Positions 8,685 to 17,464 of a DNA stretch of 64,000 nucleotides are shown piece after piece. Position 1 is the first letter of the stretch; each line of letters starts with the position of its first letter. The stretch covers positions 2,587-66,586 of the forward strand of contig JAPLXQ010000010.1 in assembly GCA_026395995.1 (NCBI GenBank). The letters run 5' to 3'. A program made the translations under genes and the position numbers. The notes under the pieces were generated by a model. That model had not been told where the DNA came from. It made no database searches and saw only the letters and a list, made by a program, of their open reading frames with translations. The stretch is from Candidatus Nomurabacteria bacterium (GTDB taxonomy: Bacteria; Patescibacteriota; Minisyncoccia; Phycocordibacterales; UBA9973).

Positions 8685-9125
8685 ATGAATAGTACATTAA
8701 ACAATCTAGCACTACTTTCTTTTAATAGAAAAGCTAGGAAAATCAGTAAAGACATTGGGGTAATAAATTGCATGGACGTGTTTTTTATACCATATTGTGT
8801 AATTCGTGCAGGTGAAACTTTATTTATTTGGAGTGAGGAGAATGGTTTTCATTCAGTCCTTACTGAAAATGATAAAGAACTTGCATATCTGGTAGATTTT
8901 CCAGAAAAATACGGTTACGATGAAGTTTACCATTTTGGGATTTTGAATGCTGACAAGACAACTCTTTCTATTTTTCGTTGTTATGACCAGCTTACTCACA
9001 AGAAAGAAGTGTTGCCTTATGGTTTACAATTCCACACTGATGAGTATAGAAAAGAGCGAGATTTCGAACTTCAACAAGAAAGCGAACTTCCATTTATGCA
9101 ACAAGGTCAAGGTTCCAGATTGTAA
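8685..9125 (+). CDS. hypothetical protein
   Basis: ORF with its own upstream TTGACT/TATACT promoter and a terminator hairpin at 9131-9166. Confidence 0.55.
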   Translation: MNSTLNNLALLSFNRKARKISKDIGVINCMDVFFIPYCVIRAGETLFIWSEENGFHSVLTENDKELAYLVDFPEKYGYDEVYHFGILNADKTTLSIFRCYDQLTHKKEVLPYGLQFHTDEYRKERDFELQQESELPFMQQGQGSRL

Positions 9126-9244
9126 TCATCAAACCCACCAGTAGAAAATCTACTTCGGTGGGTTTTCTGTTTTTGCATAAGAATTATATCTAGAAAAGTA
9201 AATTTATTTTGAAAAAAAGTATTTTTAAACTATAATAACTTTCT

Positions 9245-10465
9245 ATGCCAAAGAAGACTTGGTTTTTATTTTTAACTATTTTAATAGATATGATCGGTGT
9301 CGGTGTTTTGATACCTGTCATTCCACAATTGCTCGGTGAGCCTAGTTCTCCGGCATTTTTGCTTGGTCCGGGTCAGCAACATCTTGGTTTCATTTTACTT
9401 GGATTTTTAATGGCTGTGTACCCGATAGCTATGTTTTTTGCTTCACCGATACTCGGTAGTCTTTCTGATAAATATGGTCGCCGACCAGTCTTACTCATTT
9501 CAATTTTAGGTACAGCTATAGGATATTTTCTTTTTGCATATGCAATTATGACAAAAAATATCCCATTACTTTTTATTTCTAGAATGTTTGATGGGCTGAC
9601 AGGAGGGAATGTAGCTACAGTCCAAGCTGCTATCGCTGATCAGGTGAAGCTAGAAAATCGCGCCAGAGCTTTTGGTATGATAGGCGCTGCTTTTGGCCTT
9701 GGCTTTATTCTCGGTCCATTTATTGGAGGAAAACTCGCTGATCCGAGCATTGTACCATGGTTCAGTGCTACGATACCATTTATTTTTGCTGGAATTTTGG
9801 CATTGATAAATTTGGCTTCGATTTATTTTTTCTTTTCAGAAACTAATGAACATATCGATAAAGACAGAAAGATTAATTTCTTTGGCGCAATTGGTAACAT
9901 TATGAAAGCAAAAAAGATGGTTGAAATTCGTCATCTTTTAATCGTGTCATTTTTGTTTAATGCTGGTTTTGCATTTTTTACTTCTTTTTTTAATGTCTAT
10001 TTAACCACTAAGTTTAATTTTAGTGTTGGTCAGGTTGGGAACTTTTTTGGCTATGTCGGTGTATGTGTCGTCTTTACTCAGTTAGTAGTAGTGCGTCTTA
10101 TTTCAAAAAAATACGACAATATTTCAATTTTACGTTTTACAATACCGGCCACCGGTGTCGCTTTACTTTTGTATTTATTACCGACGCAGTCATGGTGGAT
10201 TTTTGTGATTGCTTTAATTTTTGCTATTCCAAACGGTCTTCAACAAGCAAATTTTTCTGCCCTTCTTTCTAAACGTATTGATCCTAAAAAAAGAGGGGAG
10301 GTGTTAGGTATTTCGGCTTCTGTAAACTCTGTTGGACAATCATTACCTCCACTTTTAGCTGGTTTAATCGCTGTAGTTTTTGCTCCTTGGACACCGATAT
10401 TTATCGCTGGACTATTTATAATAGCATCTGGACTAGTGTTTCGTTTTACCGAAAAGAAGACTTAA
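9245..10465 (+). CDS. MFS transporter (TetA/DHA1-like)
   Basis: About 12 TM, GSLSDKYGRRP motif A, GFILGPFIGG motif C. Confidence 0.9.
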   Translation: MPKKTWFLFLTILIDMIGVGVLIPVIPQLLGEPSSPAFLLGPGQQHLGFILLGFLMAVYPIAMFFASPILGSLSDKYGRRPVLLISILGTAIGYFLFAYAIMTKNIPLLFISRMFDGLTGGNVATVQAAIADQVKLENRARAFGMIGAAFGLGFILGPFIGGKLADPSIVPWFSATIPFIFAGILALINLASIYFFFSETNEHIDKDRKINFFGAIGNIMKAKKMVEIRHLLIVSFLFNAGFAFFTSFFNVYLTTKFNFSVGQVGNFFGYVGVCVVFTQLVVVRLISKKYDNISILRFTIPATGVALLLYLLPTQSWWIFVIALIFAIPNGLQQANFSALLSKRIDPKKRGEVLGISASVNSVGQSLPPLLAGLIAVVFAPWTPIFIAGLFIIASGLVFRFTEKKT

Positions 10466-10574
10466 AAAATTATACACAGAACCCCTTTTTGATTGATTGA
10501 CAGGTTTTTAAAAAGGAGTACATTTAAAGTAAACAAAGACCTTTTAAATATTTCTAATAATAAATCTGGAAAAC

Positions 10575-10853
10575 ATGAAAAATCTAACAGTAACTTTAAC
10601 GTTCAAACCGTTAAATCGCGGCTGGTTCAAATGTATCCAGACTGGCGAAAAAACAAAAAACTGTGAGAGGTATCGTAGATCACACAGGAATCTTGCAGTC
10701 TCGGCTGTTAAGAATGCTAATAAGATAAAAATGGGTAGTTTCAATCTTTGGAATTGTCCTAGCTGTCGTTACATAAATGACAAAGGTGTTTTAAAAGAAA
10801 ACAACATTTGCACTGTTTGTGGAAAAGTTGTTTATCTTTACACCAACAGATAA
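10575..10853 (+). CDS. small zinc-ribbon protein
   Basis: CPSC...CTVC pairs. Confidence 0.5.
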   Translation: MKNLTVTLTFKPLNRGWFKCIQTGEKTKNCERYRRSHRNLAVSAVKNANKIKMGSFNLWNCPSCRYINDKGVLKENNICTVCGKVVYLYTNR

Positions 10854-11005
10854 AGAAACTGGCTTTCATTAGCCAAAATTTATGCACCCGCAGCCGGGCT
10901 CTCGCTACCGCTGTAGGACATAGTACGACATAGGTCATAACAAAAGCTTATGTTAAGAAGATGAAAGGTGAAATTCATCTTGTTTGTTTAGTTGGTTAAA
11001 ATTTT

Positions 11006-11038
11006 AAAAGCGCAATCTTTATCGATTGCGCTTTTTTT
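11006..11038. terminator. intrinsic terminator
   Basis: aaaagcgcaatc-tttatc-gattgcgcttttttt. Confidence 0.75.
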
Positions 11039-11070
11039 ATTTATTATTTGAGTAAGTGAATCCTTGCTAC

Positions 11071-11703
11071 TTATAATACCGTCCTACTTAACTCTTTATT
11101 GATTATTTCACTTAATTTATCTGGAAAAGAATCTAGAAGATAATGTCCTCCATCTAAAACATAATCAGGATTTTTTATTTTATTAAATGGAAAATATTTA
11201 TCCTTTTTACCATGTATTCTAATCAGTCTTTTAGAATTCACATCTTCAGGAAAATAAGAAAAGAATCCAAACAAAAGATTTAGAAAATTCTGACTGGCTT
11301 TATTTATCCTATTTTGAGAAATTTCTCTTGTTTTGGGAGACATAAACATTAAAACAATTTTGCTAAAGAAAAGAACTGTTTTACCTTTTGGTTTTACTAA
11401 AACTAAAAATTTAAACAACCAACCCAACTCTTTTCTTTCTTTTCCACTAGAAATTAAAAAAAATATTTCTGGTTTTTTATATTTAGCTACATGTAATGCT
11501 AAAATACCACCGAGAGAGAAACCAACAAATATTGGATTTTCATCTGTTATTTGTTCAGCTATTTTCTGTAAATACAATTCTTTATCTTCATTTAATTCAA
11601 AATTCGGATAAGTAATTATGATCTTTTTGCCGTCTAATTTTAGAGTGTCTAAATGTTCTGGGCCATTGGCTAAGCCAGGAAATATGTAAATATTTTTTTC
11701 CAT
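11071..11703 (-). CDS. alpha/beta hydrolase
   Basis: FPGL oxyanion motif, GFSLGG nucleophile elbow, IHGKKD, GGH. Confidence 0.8.
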   Translation of the reverse strand: MEKNIYIFPGLANGPEHLDTLKLDGKKIIITYPNFELNEDKELYLQKIAEQITDENPIFVGFSLGGILALHVAKYKKPEIFFLISSGKERKELGWLFKFLVLVKPKGKTVLFFSKIVLMFMSPKTREISQNRINKASQNFLNLLFGFFSYFPEDVNSKRLIRIHGKKDKYFPFNKIKNPDYVLDGGHYLLDSFPDKLSEIINKELSRTVL

Positions 11704-11811
11704 AAGGTATATTATATCAGACTTACAATACTAGCTAGTTACTTCGCACTTTCTGCGATAGCAAAACATGCGAAGTGATTTACTGATTGTAGTAAGAACG
11801 ATTCTTGCTAC

Positions 11812-12327
11812 TTAAATTAATTTAATAACTTCTTCTAAAAATATTTTATTTTTTATACACCATTCTGATTTATTAAAATCTTCAGGTGCTAACCAAACAC
11901 GCCCATGAGTATCTTCGTTACCGTTAAAATCTTCTTCATTTATAATTTCACAAAGATAGAATAGCATACAGCTTGTGGGGTAGGGATAATTATAATTTTC
12001 TGGTTTTGGACAGGTTATAGTTAAGTTACTGTAACCTGCAAGTCTTTTAATCTTGACTCGAACACCTGTCTCTTCAAAAGCTTCTCTTGTGCAAGCTTCT
12101 TCTGGGCTTTCACCTTGATCAATATGACCACCTGATATATCAAGTATTCGCGTAGGCCTTTCTCCTTTTTTTAAATCAGTCATTAAAAATTTTCCATCTT
12201 TAAATACAAAAGCATAGACCGAGGTAGGTGTTAGATTTTCTGGAATAGTATCAGAAATATAAGTTTCCATAATATTTTCATATTTTATCCAATCTAAATT
12301 TTTACCCGTATAAATTAATTTTTGCAT
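11812..12327 (-). CDS. NUDIX hydrolase
   Basis: GGHIDQGESPEEACTREAFEETG Nudix box. Confidence 0.9.
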   Translation of the reverse strand: MQKLIYTGKNLDWIKYENIMETYISDTIPENLTPTSVYAFVFKDGKFLMTDLKKGERPTRILDISGGHIDQGESPEEACTREAFEETGVRVKIKRLAGYSNLTITCPKPENYNYPYPTSCMLFYLCEIINEEDFNGNEDTHGRVWLAPEDFNKSEWCIKNKIFLEEVIKLI

Positions 12328-12507
12328 AGGTTTATTATAGCAGATTTACACCACTAGCTAGTTAAATAAATCAAATATTAACCGCTAGCAAGGACTGCCC
12401 TTGCTAGTTAATACCTTGTTATCAGGTACGCCTTTTTTATTTTCTACTGTACAAATTAATACAAAGATGTTATCTTGGATTTAGATAAACTCTTAAAAAT
12501 TTGAATT

Positions 12508-12843
12508 ATGAAAAATGTACAAAAACAAACTGAGCTGAGCTTGGAGCAATTATTAAATTTTTTGAAACATCCAAACAGTCACACACTTCCGAGCTGTATG
12601 CTGGTGAACGAAGTAGGAGCTGTTTGTATTCTGGGGGAGGACAAAGATAAACAAGGTGAAAATTACCTGTTATCACTTTTGGAAGATGAGGATATTAACC
12701 ATCGCGCAATTGCATTTTGTTGCCTATCAACCAACAAAGAGATATCTGATAGAAATAAAGTTGCCTTACTTAAGTTTCGATCAGAACCAAAAAACAAAGA
12801 ACTGATGCCTTCTATTGATGAAACATTGAGTGAGTACATATAA
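12508..12843 (+). CDS. hypothetical protein
   Basis: ORF followed by a terminator hairpin at 12865-12898. Confidence 0.55.
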   Translation: MKNVQKQTELSLEQLLNFLKHPNSHTLPSCMLVNEVGAVCILGEDKDKQGENYLLSLLEDEDINHRAIAFCCLSTNKEISDRNKVALLKFRSEPKNKELMPSIDETLSEYI

Positions 12844-13011
12844 ATAATTTTTTGCCTAAAAAGCAAAACAGGATAACTATTAGTTATCCTGTTTTTTTGT
12901 TACTGTAATGACATGCAAGACCTGTCAGATTTAGTGCTTTTGTAGCAAGAACCGTTCTTGCTAGTTTTAAAGCTATTGTATTTTTATAACTACTTATGTT
13001 ATAATACAAGT

Positions 13012-13104
13012 ACTGAAAGGCAGAAAATCGGAGTGCTGCCGGCCCATGTGGCTATGGAGGGAATTTCCGTCCTCCCAGAGAAAAACACCCGCAAGGGTGT
13101 TTTT
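13012..13104 (+). ncRNA. candidate structured small RNA (three-hairpin junction plus terminator)
   Basis: Extended -10 TGtTATAAT at 12997-13005; stems ggcag/ctgcc, ggcc/ggct, ggagg/cctcc closed by ctg/cag; terminator aaaaacaccc-gcaa-gggtgttttt. Confidence 0.5.
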
Positions 13105-13110
13105 CATTAT

Positions 13111-13239
13111 CTATTTGAGAAGTTTAGCGAGTTTTGACAGTAGTGGAGAAAGTAAAAATACGGCGAGAAAAGACAAAACTGTGTCGAAAATAGTAAAATC
13201 AAAAAAGCGAAAGTGTCTCAAATATTCCAAGGTAATCAT
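13111..13239 (-). CDS. small membrane protein or truncated remnant (42 aa, not in ORF track)
   Basis: MITLEYLRHFRFFDFTIFDTVLSFLAVFLLSPLLSKLAKLLK*; ATG 7 nt after the repeat-borne -10 TATACT. Confidence 0.5.
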   Translation of the reverse strand: MITLEYLRHFRFFDFTIFDTVLSFLAVFLLSPLLSKLAKLLK

Positions 13240-13281
13240 ATGTTACAGTATAGCAGACTTGTACCACTAGCTAGAACGGTT

Positions 13282-13428
13282 CTAGTTAGTTAGTTGTATG
13301 ATAAGTAATATAATTCCAAAAATCACCAAAGCACTGATAAGAAATATAAAAAATCTCTTATTATTTATATCATCTTTTACAAAGTTACTATTTGGAAAAA
13401 TTTTTCGCAATAATGTGAAGAAAAACAT
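13282..13428 (-). CDS. small membrane protein (48 aa, not in ORF track)
   Basis: MFFFTLLRKIFPNSNFVKDDINNKRFFIFLISALVIFGIILLIIQLTN*; stop lies inside the hairpin arm. Confidence 0.45.
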   Translation of the reverse strand: MFFFTLLRKIFPNSNFVKDDINNKRFFIFLISALVIFGIILLIIQLTN

Positions 13429-13517
13429 ATATTTATAATAGCAATATACTCATAAAATATCAAATTATGTCGCTAATAGAGAAGTAATAACTATAGCGGA
13501 TTTCTATGACTAGCTAG

Positions 13518-14360
13518 TTATTGTCTTTTTAAGACAGAATCAATTCTTTCTTTACTTTCTTTGTAAGTTTTTTCAATTTCTTCTTCTAAAATTACTTCTT
13601 CAAGTTTACCGCCCTCTTTATCTTTTTCAGTAATAGTTCTTTTTGAAATCATAGCCATAAACAAAACTAAAAATGGTTTTTTCTTTAAAAGCTCTCTTGT
13701 AATACCGTAAATTTCTTTATTTTCTTTAATAAGTTCCTCAGCAAATTTTCTTGCTGTAACAAACTTTTCTTCTAGCTTTATTGTACTTTCTATAAACCAA
13801 CCTGCTGGTAATAATTTATTAATAAATGAGTATTTATATCCATTATAACTATCCATAACAGTTTCGGTACTTTCATTAAATTTTTCTAATTCAGTAAAAA
13901 AACCAAAAAGCTGATTAACTAAATCAATGTTTGATAATTCTAAAAGAACAGATTTGTCGTATATTAAAGGTTTAATTTTATTCGTACATATTAAGGCTTG
14001 ATTTGTATCTTTTGTTTCTTTTATAGTATCTAAAAATGAATCAATAACGAAAATCTTTTGATGGAGTGAGCCAAGAATCCTATTAGCATCATGTTCTATT
14101 TTTACTAAAGCATTATAATGAAGAACCTGTCTTTGGTATATTTTTTCAAAAATTGTCTCAATTCTAATAAATAAAAAAGCAAAAAAAGCCCCTGCAAAAG
14201 AAGTAGCAATAGTAATTCCGACATCGCCATTATGAATACTAGAGACAAAAGCTTTTATAACAAGGATAAAAACTAAAATTATAAAAACTAGTACTAAGAA
14301 AGTCCCCCAACCATAATAAGTTTTCATGAAATTTTTAGCTTGTTTAATATTTAATTTCAT
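13518..14360 (-). CDS. hypothetical membrane protein
   Basis: Two N-terminal TM helices plus a helical domain; stop overlaps the TAACTAGCTAG unit. Confidence 0.65.
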   Translation of the reverse strand: MKLNIKQAKNFMKTYYGWGTFLVLVFIILVFILVIKAFVSSIHNGDVGITIATSFAGAFFAFLFIRIETIFEKIYQRQVLHYNALVKIEHDANRILGSLHQKIFVIDSFLDTIKETKDTNQALICTNKIKPLIYDKSVLLELSNIDLVNQLFGFFTELEKFNESTETVMDSYNGYKYSFINKLLPAGWFIESTIKLEEKFVTARKFAEELIKENKEIYGITRELLKKKPFLVLFMAMISKRTITEKDKEGGKLEEVILEEEIEKTYKESKERIDSVLKRQ

Positions 14361-14363
14361 ATT

Positions 14364-15014
14364 TTATTCATACCTTGGAGCTTCTTCGACAATACCAGCG
14401 ACGTGGTTTGAGGCGCGGGCGAAGGCGTAGAGGACGGATGAGAGGCGGTTTAGGTATGCGAGGGTTTGGGGGTTGACGGATTTTTCCCCTCCTTGTGGAG
14501 GAGGGGTGTCTCGGTAATCCGAGACGGGGTGGTGATTCTGGTTTTGATTTTCGGGGGTGGCGATTCTATTTTTCTGCTCTTCCGCGACGCCGACTACTCG
14601 GCGTTCGGCACGGCGGGCGATAGTGCGAGCGATGTCGCAAAGAGATGCGAGCTCTGTACCACCAGACACGAAGAAAGTTTTAATCGGTGGAAGCATTTTT
14701 TCAATGCCGTCGATAATTTCTTCGAGCCATTTTACTTTTTCTTCTACAATTGTTTTATCTGCACCGGCGAGTTCGGCCTGAATTATAAAAAGGTCTTGCT
14801 GAATTCTATCGATAGTTTCAGCAAGTTTTATTTCTCCAGTATCCAAAGTAAAAGCCACCTTTAAAGTGGCGGCTTTTACTTTTACCAAACCTAGAAAAGA
14901 ATTTATTTCATCCATCGAGCCGAGAGCTTCGGCTATCGCACTACTTTTTGATATACGTTGATCGCATCCAAAAGTTTTAGTTGTTCCATTGTCTCCTTTT
15001 CTGGTATATAGCAT
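14364..15014 (-). CDS. pduO: ATP:cob(I)alamin adenosyltransferase (PduO type)
   Basis: YTRKGDNGTT, GSMDEINS, RTIARRAERR and YLNRLSS motifs; two in-frame palindrome inserts. Confidence 0.9.
   Translation of the reverse strand: MLYTRKGDNGTTKTFGCDQRISKSSAIAEALGSMDEINSFLGLVKVKAATLKVAFTLDTGEIKLAETIDRIQQDLFIIQAELAGADKTIVEEKVKWLEEIIDGIEKMLPPIKTFFVSGGTELASLCDIARTIARRAERRVVGVAEEQKNRIATPENQNQNHHPVSDYRDTPPPQGGEKSVNPQTLAYLNRLSSVLYAFARASNHVAGIVEEAPRYE
14486..14533. repeat. GC-rich palindromic element inserted in frame in pduO
   Basis: cccctcct-tgtgg-aggagggg, gtctcgg-taat-ccgagac, ggggtggt; encodes HHPVSDYRDTPPPQGGE. Confidence 0.85.
14847..14880. repeat. second REP-like hairpin in frame in pduO
   Basis: agtaaaagccacc-tttaaagt-ggcggcttttact; encodes VKAATLKVAFT. 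Confidence 0.55.
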
Positions 15015-15021
15015 TTTATTT

Positions 15022-17304
15022 TTATATTTCGCAAAGTCCTCCTACGCAAGCGAGTTCTTTCTTTACTTCTGTTTCATCTTCTCTTTCATAAGTTACGATC
15101 TTTGAGAAATCAATTTCACCGAGTCTTTCTTTCATTTCTTCATATTTCTCTTTTGTAATTTCTTCATAAGGGGCTAGCTGGTACACATGGTTTGAACGAG
15201 GTAAGAAGGAGAGACCTCCGACTATTTCCCAATTCTCATAAATCCAATGAGCCACTTTGAGCCATTCATCTTCTCCGACAGAGATTGTCACAGAAGGATT
15301 GTGTTCAGTGTAGTGATTCTTTACTACTTTCCAGTGTTCGAGCTGAGCAATAGCATCGACATCATCTTTACAGATAGCACCGTCTGGAGCCTTGATAGGG
15401 AATTCTAAGACATAAGTAGTAGCATCATCGAGTGTTTGTCCGACTTCAGGGAAATGAGGTACTCCTTGGTCACGTAGCATTTTGAAAAGAGAATCAGTTG
15501 CAGCGATACGAACACGGCGTATATAATATGGAGCATGGCGAGTATGCATTCCAGAAGAACAGTCGACAGTTTGAGAAGTGTTTCCAGATGGTTTCACACA
15601 AGTCACACATGTAGATGAATTGATTCCAAATTTCTCTGCATATTTTTTATTTATTTTAATAGCTTCGTTTTTTAATTTCTCTAACATTTTCGGATCACGT
15701 ACTAGTGCACAATCCCATTGTCCTGTGATTGAAACACCGAGTAATCTTTCTTTTTCACAATTCTTTTTCCATTCCTTAGAAAGGTAAGGGAAGTATGTGA
15801 GGGTAGATTGATATGTACCTAGGATTGTAGCGACACGAATTTTTCTTAAAAGACTCTCTTCTGTATCTTCAGCTCGAGCGACGACTTCTGAAAGGTTACA
15901 GAATTGTTTTGATTGAAGAATAATTTCTCCACAAGGATTTGTACCCCAGGCTGGGTAGATACCACCTTTGAATTGATCAAGTCGGCGTTTTGGTAAAGTA
16001 TTTGCTAATCCTCCACGATTGAAAATACCTCGTTCTCCTGATCCAGACTTCATCAAAGCTATCCATTCATCAAGGAATTCTGTTGAGCTTGGTTTTGTAG
16101 TGTATACAGCAGAATTGTTTGCGAGCATTCTTTGTCCTTCGTTTAGATAAAATTGTCCTTTTTTAGAATCACGAATAGCTTCATCGTCTAAATCAGAAAG
16201 GGAAATCATCGCACTACGACGTACACCTCCAGCCACGACACATTCACCGATTTTACAGATAATATCATGAGCGTCCATGTTTGAAAGGTGACGTCCTTGT
16301 CGGCGAAGAATTCTTTCACGTGAAAATGCTAAAAGTTCTTTGATTGGTGCAGGACCAGAACTCTTGCCACCCATAGTCTTTAAACGGGCACCAGCTGGGC
16401 GTAATTGAGAGAAATCAAAGTTTATGTCTCCACCTTCAAACCAAGTCTTTAAACCTAAAGAGAAAGCGTCTGCCCATCCTTCTTTACTGTCAGCAATGAC
16501 ATGGGTGACAGCTTTTTTGTTTGTTTGTTTTTGGATTTGTGGAAGAGCTTGAATATTCTCACTTTCTACAGACCATCCGACACCAGTACCACACATTGAG
16601 ATATACATTATCTCGGCAAAGTCTTGGAAAGTTCTAGGGGCGATGAAAGAACAGTTGTAAGCACAGACATTGGTACGACGAGCAGCTTTACCTGCAAATT
16701 GTAAAAGACGCATTGAAGGCAAGGCTTCTTGCTTGAGCATCGTCTCTCTTACTTCTTTGTATTCAGCATCAGTCAAACTTCCATTGACATTGTCGCGCAT
16801 AAAATCGACATATCGATCGACAGTCTCAATCCAGGTCTCACGACGGTCTTGTTCTGGTATCCATTTTGCATAAGTACGATAATACACGAGTTCTGCTAGG
16901 GAATTACGGAAATATTTCTTACTTTCAGTGAAAAGTTCTTTCACATCCTCTGGCACAGTACCGACTTTTTCACGAACTAAAGAACGCTCTTGTCTGTAAA
17001 GGATATATCCTTTGGCAGTATTCAAAAAATCTGAATTTATGAGTTCGTTTTCAACGATATCTTGTATCGTTTCAACTGTCGGAATGAAATTTTTGATCTT
17101 ATTCTCTTTTTGAACCAAAAGAAGCTTGTCCATCACCCCGTACATGACTTTTTCTGCATGTTTTTCGTCGCCTTCTTTGACAGATTGCATTGCTCGGAAA
17201 ATAGCACGCGTAATATGTTTACTATCAAAAGGCACAATCATACCATCTCTCTTTTGAATCTTTTGAAGGGAAGCATATTTTTTTAAGTTCATATCTTTTT
17301 TCAT
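15022..17304 (-). CDS. nrdJ: class II (adenosylcobalamin-dependent) ribonucleotide reductase with N-terminal ATP cone
   Basis: IQKRDG ATP cone, YNCSF, TNPCGE, KPSGNTS and C-terminal ACVGGLCEI; adjacent to pduO. Confidence 0.9.
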   Translation of the reverse strand: MKKDMNLKKYASLQKIQKRDGMIVPFDSKHITRAIFRAMQSVKEGDEKHAEKVMYGVMDKLLLVQKENKIKNFIPTVETIQDIVENELINSDFLNTAKGYILYRQERSLVREKVGTVPEDVKELFTESKKYFRNSLAELVYYRTYAKWIPEQDRRETWIETVDRYVDFMRDNVNGSLTDAEYKEVRETMLKQEALPSMRLLQFAGKAARRTNVCAYNCSFIAPRTFQDFAEIMYISMCGTGVGWSVESENIQALPQIQKQTNKKAVTHVIADSKEGWADAFSLGLKTWFEGGDINFDFSQLRPAGARLKTMGGKSSGPAPIKELLAFSRERILRRQGRHLSNMDAHDIICKIGECVVAGGVRRSAMISLSDLDDEAIRDSKKGQFYLNEGQRMLANNSAVYTTKPSSTEFLDEWIALMKSGSGERGIFNRGGLANTLPKRRLDQFKGGIYPAWGTNPCGEIILQSKQFCNLSEVVARAEDTEESLLRKIRVATILGTYQSTLTYFPYLSKEWKKNCEKERLLGVSITGQWDCALVRDPKMLEKLKNEAIKINKKYAEKFGINSSTCVTCVKPSGNTSQTVDCSSGMHTRHAPYYIRRVRIAATDSLFKMLRDQGVPHFPEVGQTLDDATTYVLEFPIKAPDGAICKDDVDAIAQLEHWKVVKNHYTEHNPSVTISVGEDEWLKVAHWIYENWEIVGGLSFLPRSNHVYQLAPYEEITKEKYEEMKERLGEIDFSKIVTYEREDETEVKKELACVGGLCEI

Positions 17305-17464
17305 ATTTTTAATTTTTTTAATAAAATAATAATAATAAGTTACAAAAATTTCATAACCATAAGATTAGTATACTACCAAAAAAAATATTTAGAAAATTGG
17401 GGATAACTAGAACATCTTTTCAAAAAATAGGAATACTTTTTAGCCTATTTTTATTCAAAAAAAA

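Larger units (their letters stand above)
11051..13520. repeat. array of 23-bp (G/C)TAG hairpins (11051-11070 degenerate, 11789-11811, 12385-12407, 12942-12964, 13267-13289) and 29-bp promoter/CTAGCTAG units (11713-11741, 12336-12364, 13249-13277, 13492-13520)
   Basis: Hairpin consensus STAGCAAGRA-nnn-YYCTTGCTAS; unit consensus TATAGCAGAYTTnnnnnACTAGCTAGTTA with invariant spacing. Confidence 0.85.

Noticed and set aside
13046-13270. 74-aa plus-strand ORF
   Set aside because: Runs through a strong terminator and antisense to a better-supported small ORF
11051-13520. CRISPR array or classical integron
   Set aside because: Repeats are separated by whole genes of variable length, there are no cas genes and no tyrosine integron integrase, and the ends do not consistently match RYYYAAC/GTTRRRY attC boxes
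15022-17304. Intein or intron in nrdJ
   Set aside because: Continuous ORF of ordinary length; no intein terminal motifs or LAGLIDADG blocks seen
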